A stretch of DNA of 64,000 bases from Bryobacterales bacterium (lineage in GTDB: Bacteria; Acidobacteriota; Terriglobia; Bryobacterales; UBA6623): the NCBI GenBank assembly GCA_963422375.2, contig OY729428.2, forward strand, positions 1,248,001-1,312,000, given 5' to 3'. A model generated the notes under the pieces. That model worked only from the letters and a program-made list of their open reading frames with translations, did not search any database and was not told the DNA's origin. Each line of letters opens with the position of its first letter. Position 1 is the stretch's first letter. Below, in pieces: positions 60,709 through 64,000 of this stretch. The position numbers and the translations under genes are program-made.

Positions 60709-60902
60709 TGCCGGTCCGATGGTGTACCATGGATTCAGCCGCCCTTCGCAGGCGGCGGCCCGACTCCTGGCGGGCCGGACGGTCCGACCGTCCAAAAACA
60801 ACCGTAGCCGGGAACGCCGCGCCCCCCGTGCGCCTTCCCTCGGCGCCCGGCCGGGCGCGAGCCGACCCGGCCCTGCTGCGCCGCGGCCGACCATGCCGAG
60901 GG

Positions 60903-61160
60903 ATGGAATACCGATTCGCCGAACCCGTGCTCCTGTACTGCGGGGGCATGCGCATGCGCGCCCTGCGAGCCGAGGAGGCGCTGCGCCTGATCGCGCGCGG
61001 CAGCGTGGCTCGGCCGCGGCGCAAGGTGGTGCGCTACCTCGAGATCCGCCACCCGGGCGCGAAGGGGCTGCCCGGCCGGACCGCCGGCTGGCGCACGGTC
61101 TACCGCGAGCGGCTCGGGAGCGGCGGCACGGTCTGGCAGCACCGCTTCGCCCGCCTTTAG
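60903..61160 (+). CDS. Small basic hypothetical protein (prophage)
   Basis: 85-codon ORF MEYRFAEPVLLYCGG... after gaggg, co-oriented with the packaging genes. Confidence 0.55.
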   Translation: MEYRFAEPVLLYCGGMRMRALRAEEALRLIARGSVARPRRKVVRYLEIRHPGAKGLPGRTAGWRTVYRERLGSGGTVWQHRFARL

Positions 61161-61221
61161 CGCCTTTAGCGCGGATCTGCCAGAAAATCTTACAAGGGAA
61201 CAGTCAGGGAACCTGAGCGGA

Positions 61222-61638
61222 ATGCTGTCGCGGAAGCCGGCCGGGGAGCGCCCGGGCCGGCGCGGCTCGTCGGCGAGCCGGGGCTACGGGCACCGCTGGC
61301 GCCTGGCCCGCGCCGGCTACCTGCGCCTGCATCCGCTGTGCCGGCCGTGCGCGCGGGCGGGGCGCGCGCGGGCGGCCGCGGTGGTCGATCACGTGCGGCC
61401 CCACCGGGGCGACCGGGCCCTGTTCTGGGACCCGGCCAACTGGCAGCCGCTGTGCCGGCCGTGCCACGACTCGCGCAAGCAGCGCGAGGAGCGCCGCGGC
61501 TACGCGGCCGGGCCGGGTCCGGACGGCTGGCCGGCGGACCCGCGGCACCCGGCCAACCGGCAGGGGGGTAGGGGGGGCGAAAACCCCGCCCGCCCGCCCC
61601 GAGACCGGATTCGGGCGAAAAAAATCGCTAAAGCGTAG
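61222..61638 (+). CDS. Phage HNH endonuclease (HK97 gp74-like)
   Basis: RGYGHRW, HPLCRPC, VVDHVRPHRGD, FWDPANWQPLCRPCHD. Confidence 0.9.
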   Translation: MLSRKPAGERPGRRGSSASRGYGHRWRLARAGYLRLHPLCRPCARAGRARAAAVVDHVRPHRGDRALFWDPANWQPLCRPCHDSRKQREERRGYAAGPGPDGWPADPRHPANRQGGRGGENPARPPRDRIRAKKIAKA

Positions 61639-61640
61639 GA
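61561..61640 (+). other. Candidate cos region
   Basis: G-run caggggggtagggggggcgaaaacccc followed by an A-run, at the HNH/terS junction where HK97-like phages carry cos. Confidence 0.5.
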
Positions 61641-61648
61641 ATTTCGCA

Positions 61649-62077
61649 TTGGACAACCAGCGCGGCCGCAAGCCGGCGGCCCGGCTCCCCGCGCCCGACG
61701 CGGGCGCGATCCAGGTGCTCGAGCGCCAGCCGCCCCCGGAGCGGCTGAGCGCGTCCGAGCGGGCCGCGTGGGCCGAGGTGGTCGACGGCATGCCCGCGGA
61801 GTGGTTCTCGGGCCCGTCGATCGCGCTGCTGGAGCAGTACTGCGGCCACGTGGCCTCGGCGCGGCGCATCGCGGCGTGGATCGCGCTGGCCGAGAGCGAG
61901 GGCCTCGGAGGCGGGGGCGCGAGCCTCGACGAGTACGAGCGCCTGCTGCGCCTGCGCGAGCGCGAGACGCGGGCCGTGGCCAGCCTGGCCACGAAGATGC
62001 GCATCTCGCAGCAGGCCACGATCAACCAGCGCGGCAATCCGGCCGTCGCGCGCGGGAGCAAGCCGTGGGAGTGCTGA
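61649..62077 (+). CDS. Probable terminase small subunit
   Basis: Lies between HNH and terL; RGRKP, PPERLS...W, LLEQYC, LATKMRIS, KPW. Confidence 0.75.
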   Translation: MDNQRGRKPAARLPAPDAGAIQVLERQPPPERLSASERAAWAEVVDGMPAEWFSGPSIALLEQYCGHVASARRIAAWIALAESEGLGGGGASLDEYERLLRLRERETRAVASLATKMRISQQATINQRGNPAVARGSKPWEC

Positions 62078-63618
62078 AGCGCTCGACGCGCAACGCCCGC
62101 TGGATCGAGCGCTACTGCCGCGTGCCCGAGGGCCGGGACGTGGGCCGCGCGCTGAAGCTGCGGCCGTTCCAGCGCCGCATCCTGCGCCTGATCTACGACA
62201 ACGCCGCCGGCACGCGCACGGCGATCGTGTCGATGGGCCGCAAGAACGGCAAGACCACCCTGCTGGCCTGCCTGCTCCTGCTGCACCTGGCCGGGCCCGA
62301 GGCCCGGCCCAACGCGCAGCTCTACTCGGCGGCCCAGTCGCGGGACCAGGCCGCCCTGCTGTACGGGCTGGCCGCGAAGATGGTGCGGCTCTCGCCGGAC
62401 CTGGCGGGCCACGTGCGCGCCCGCGAGACGGCCAAGCAGCTGCTCTGCCCCGAGCTGGGCACGGTCTACCGGGCCCTCTCGGCGGAGGCGAGGACGTCCT
62501 ACGGCATCAGCCCGACGTTCGTCGTGCACGACGAGCTGGGCCAGGTGCGCGGGCCGCGGTCGGAGCTCTACGACGCCCTCGAGACGGCCGTCGGGGCGCA
62601 CGAGGAGCCCCTCACGGTGATCATCTCGACGCAGGCGCGGCGCGACGAGGACCTGCTCTCGCAGCTGATCGACGACGCCGCGGCCGGGCACGACCCGCAT
62701 ACCGTGCTGGCGCTGTGGACGGCCGATCCGGAACTGGACCCGTTCGGCGCGAAGGCCATGCGGCAGGCCTGCCCGGCCTACCGCGACTTCCTCGTGGCCG
62801 GCCAGGTGCGGCAGCTCGCGGAGCGGGCCCGGCGCATGCCCAGCCGCGAGGCGGCCTACCGCAACCTGATCCTCAACCAGCGCGTCGCGGACAAGGCCGA
62901 GAGCTGGCTGACGGCGGCTCTGTGGCGCTCCGCCCAGGCGGACCTGGACCTCGCGGGCTACGCGGGCCGGCCGTGCTGGGGCGGGCTGGACCTCTCCCTG
63001 ACCAAGGATCTGACGGCGCTGGTGCTGGCCTTCGAGGCCGGCGCGCGGCGCTGGGACGCGTTCGCTTGGCACTGGATGCCGGGCGACCGCGTGGCCGAGG
63101 CCTGCGAGACCGACGGGGCGCCCTACGACGCCTGGCGGCGCGAGGGCTTCCTGCGGGCGCCGCCGGGCCCGGTGGTCGACTACGCCCGCGTGGCCCGCGA
63201 GCTGGCGGGCCTGTGCGAGCTGTACCGCGTGCGCGAGATCGCCTACGACCGGCACAAGGTCGAGCTGCTGCGGCACGAGCTGGACAGGATCGGGCAGCGC
63301 GTGCCGCTGGCTCCGCACGGGCAGGGCTTCGCCAAGTCCTCCGAGACGGGCATGTGGATGCCGGGCTCGATCGAGGAGACCGAGGCGGCCCTGCTCGAGG
63401 GCCGCCTGCGGGTCGCGCGCAACCCGCTGCTGACGTGGTGCGCGGGCAACGCGGTCTGCGTGCCCAGCTCCCTCGAGCCCGCCGACCGGCGCTTCGACAA
63501 GCGTCGCGCGACGGGGCGCATCGACGGGGCGGTGGCCCTGGTGCAGGCCCTCGGGGCGGCCACGCGCCTGCCCCGGGGCCCGCGGAAGATCCGCTTCGAG
63601 AGGCTGGCGGTGGCATGA
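62071..63618 (+). CDS. Phage terminase large subunit
   Basis: LRPFQ, MGRKNGKT (Walker A), VVHDELG (Walker B), IISTQ, GLDLSLTKDLTA, RIDGAVAL. Confidence 0.95.
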   Translation: MLKRSTRNARWIERYCRVPEGRDVGRALKLRPFQRRILRLIYDNAAGTRTAIVSMGRKNGKTTLLACLLLLHLAGPEARPNAQLYSAAQSRDQAALLYGLAAKMVRLSPDLAGHVRARETAKQLLCPELGTVYRALSAEARTSYGISPTFVVHDELGQVRGPRSELYDALETAVGAHEEPLTVIISTQARRDEDLLSQLIDDAAAGHDPHTVLALWTADPELDPFGAKAMRQACPAYRDFLVAGQVRQLAERARRMPSREAAYRNLILNQRVADKAESWLTAALWRSAQADLDLAGYAGRPCWGGLDLSLTKDLTALVLAFEAGARRWDAFAWHWMPGDRVAEACETDGAPYDAWRREGFLRAPPGPVVDYARVARELAGLCELYRVREIAYDRHKVELLRHELDRIGQRVPLAPHGQGFAKSSETGMWMPGSIEETEAALLEGRLRVARNPLLTWCAGNAVCVPSSLEPADRRFDKRRATGRIDGAVALVQALGAATRLPRGPRKIRFERLAVA

Positions 63619-63773
63619 CGCGCGAGCGCCTGCGCACGGCGGCGGCCGTCGAGTCGCTGGCCGGGGCGGCGACGGCCTGCGCGGGCCTGTGGTCGTGGAG
63701 CCCGCCGGCGGCCCTGGTGTGCCTGGGGGCCCTGCTGATGCTCGACGCCTGGCGGCTGCGGGAGCGCTGCTGA
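63615..63773 (+). CDS. Small hydrophobic phage protein
   Basis: 52-aa ORF with an ATGA overlap on terL; GLWSWSPPAALVCLGALLML. Confidence 0.65.
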   Translation: MTRERLRTAAAVESLAGAATACAGLWSWSPPAALVCLGALLMLDAWRLRERC

Positions 63774-63777
63774 GCCG

Positions 63778-64000
63778 ATGCTGAGCCACCTGGCGGAGCG
63801 CCGCGCGGGGCGGCATCCCCGCGACCCGGCCCTGGCCTCCCTGCTGGGCGCGCCCGCCGCGACGGCCGCGGGCCGGGCGGTGGACGAGCGGGAGGCGCTG
63901 GGAGCGACCGCGGTCTACGCCTGCGTGCGCAACACGGCCGAGACGCTGGCCGAGATGCCCTGCCGCCTGCGGCGGGTGGCGCGGGACGAGGCCGGCCGCG
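63778..64000 (+). CDS. Phage portal protein (HK97 family), 5' part
   Basis: Manual translation: ...TAAGRAVDEREALGATAVYACVRNTAETLAEMPC. Confidence 0.9.
   Translation, partial: MLSHLAERRAGRHPRDPALASLLGAPAATAAGRAVDEREALGATAVYACVRNTAETLAEMPCRLRRVARDEAGR

Larger units (their letters stand above)
59826..64000 (+). mobile_element. Prophage or phage-derived element (left end; continues beyond window)
   Basis: Truncated host gene, att-like repeats, HNH-terS-terL-portal; visibly more GC-rich than the flanking genes. Confidence 0.85.

Overview
High-GC bacterial chromosome segment. The gene content (acidobacterial VWA protein, DUF1549/DUF1553 and DUF1501 proteins, clpX-lon) suggests Acidobacteriota, which is an inference. 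Most of the window is housekeeping: lon, clpX, otsAB, dapD, two tmk-like genes, cobB, mutM, menC, ygfZ, rlmB, aroC, pyrE, clpC, xylB, plsC, folC, accD and asd. A perfect parS site lies at 26997-27012. Many decayed remnants sit between these genes: a shrunken TnpB, an adenine methyltransferase pseudogene with a 27-bp IS-like footprint, HEPN-MNT, DUF4338 and AAA-ATPase fragments, and degenerate copies of rlmB/aroC and clpC just upstream of the intact genes. The best candidate for an undescribed system is an intact four-gene membrane operon at 21047-25157 (minus strand), next to the methyltransferase remnant. It encodes a multi-TM coiled-coil protein, a membrane-anchored protein, a MotA/ZorA-like protein and a MotB/ZorB-like OmpA protein, with no known Zorya effector. 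The right end is a prophage-like element that appears to have truncated an amidohydrolase. It begins with att-like arm repeats, hairpins, three perfect 40-bp repeats, and an HNH-terS-terL-portal packaging module. All calls come from reading motifs by eye; no database searches were run.
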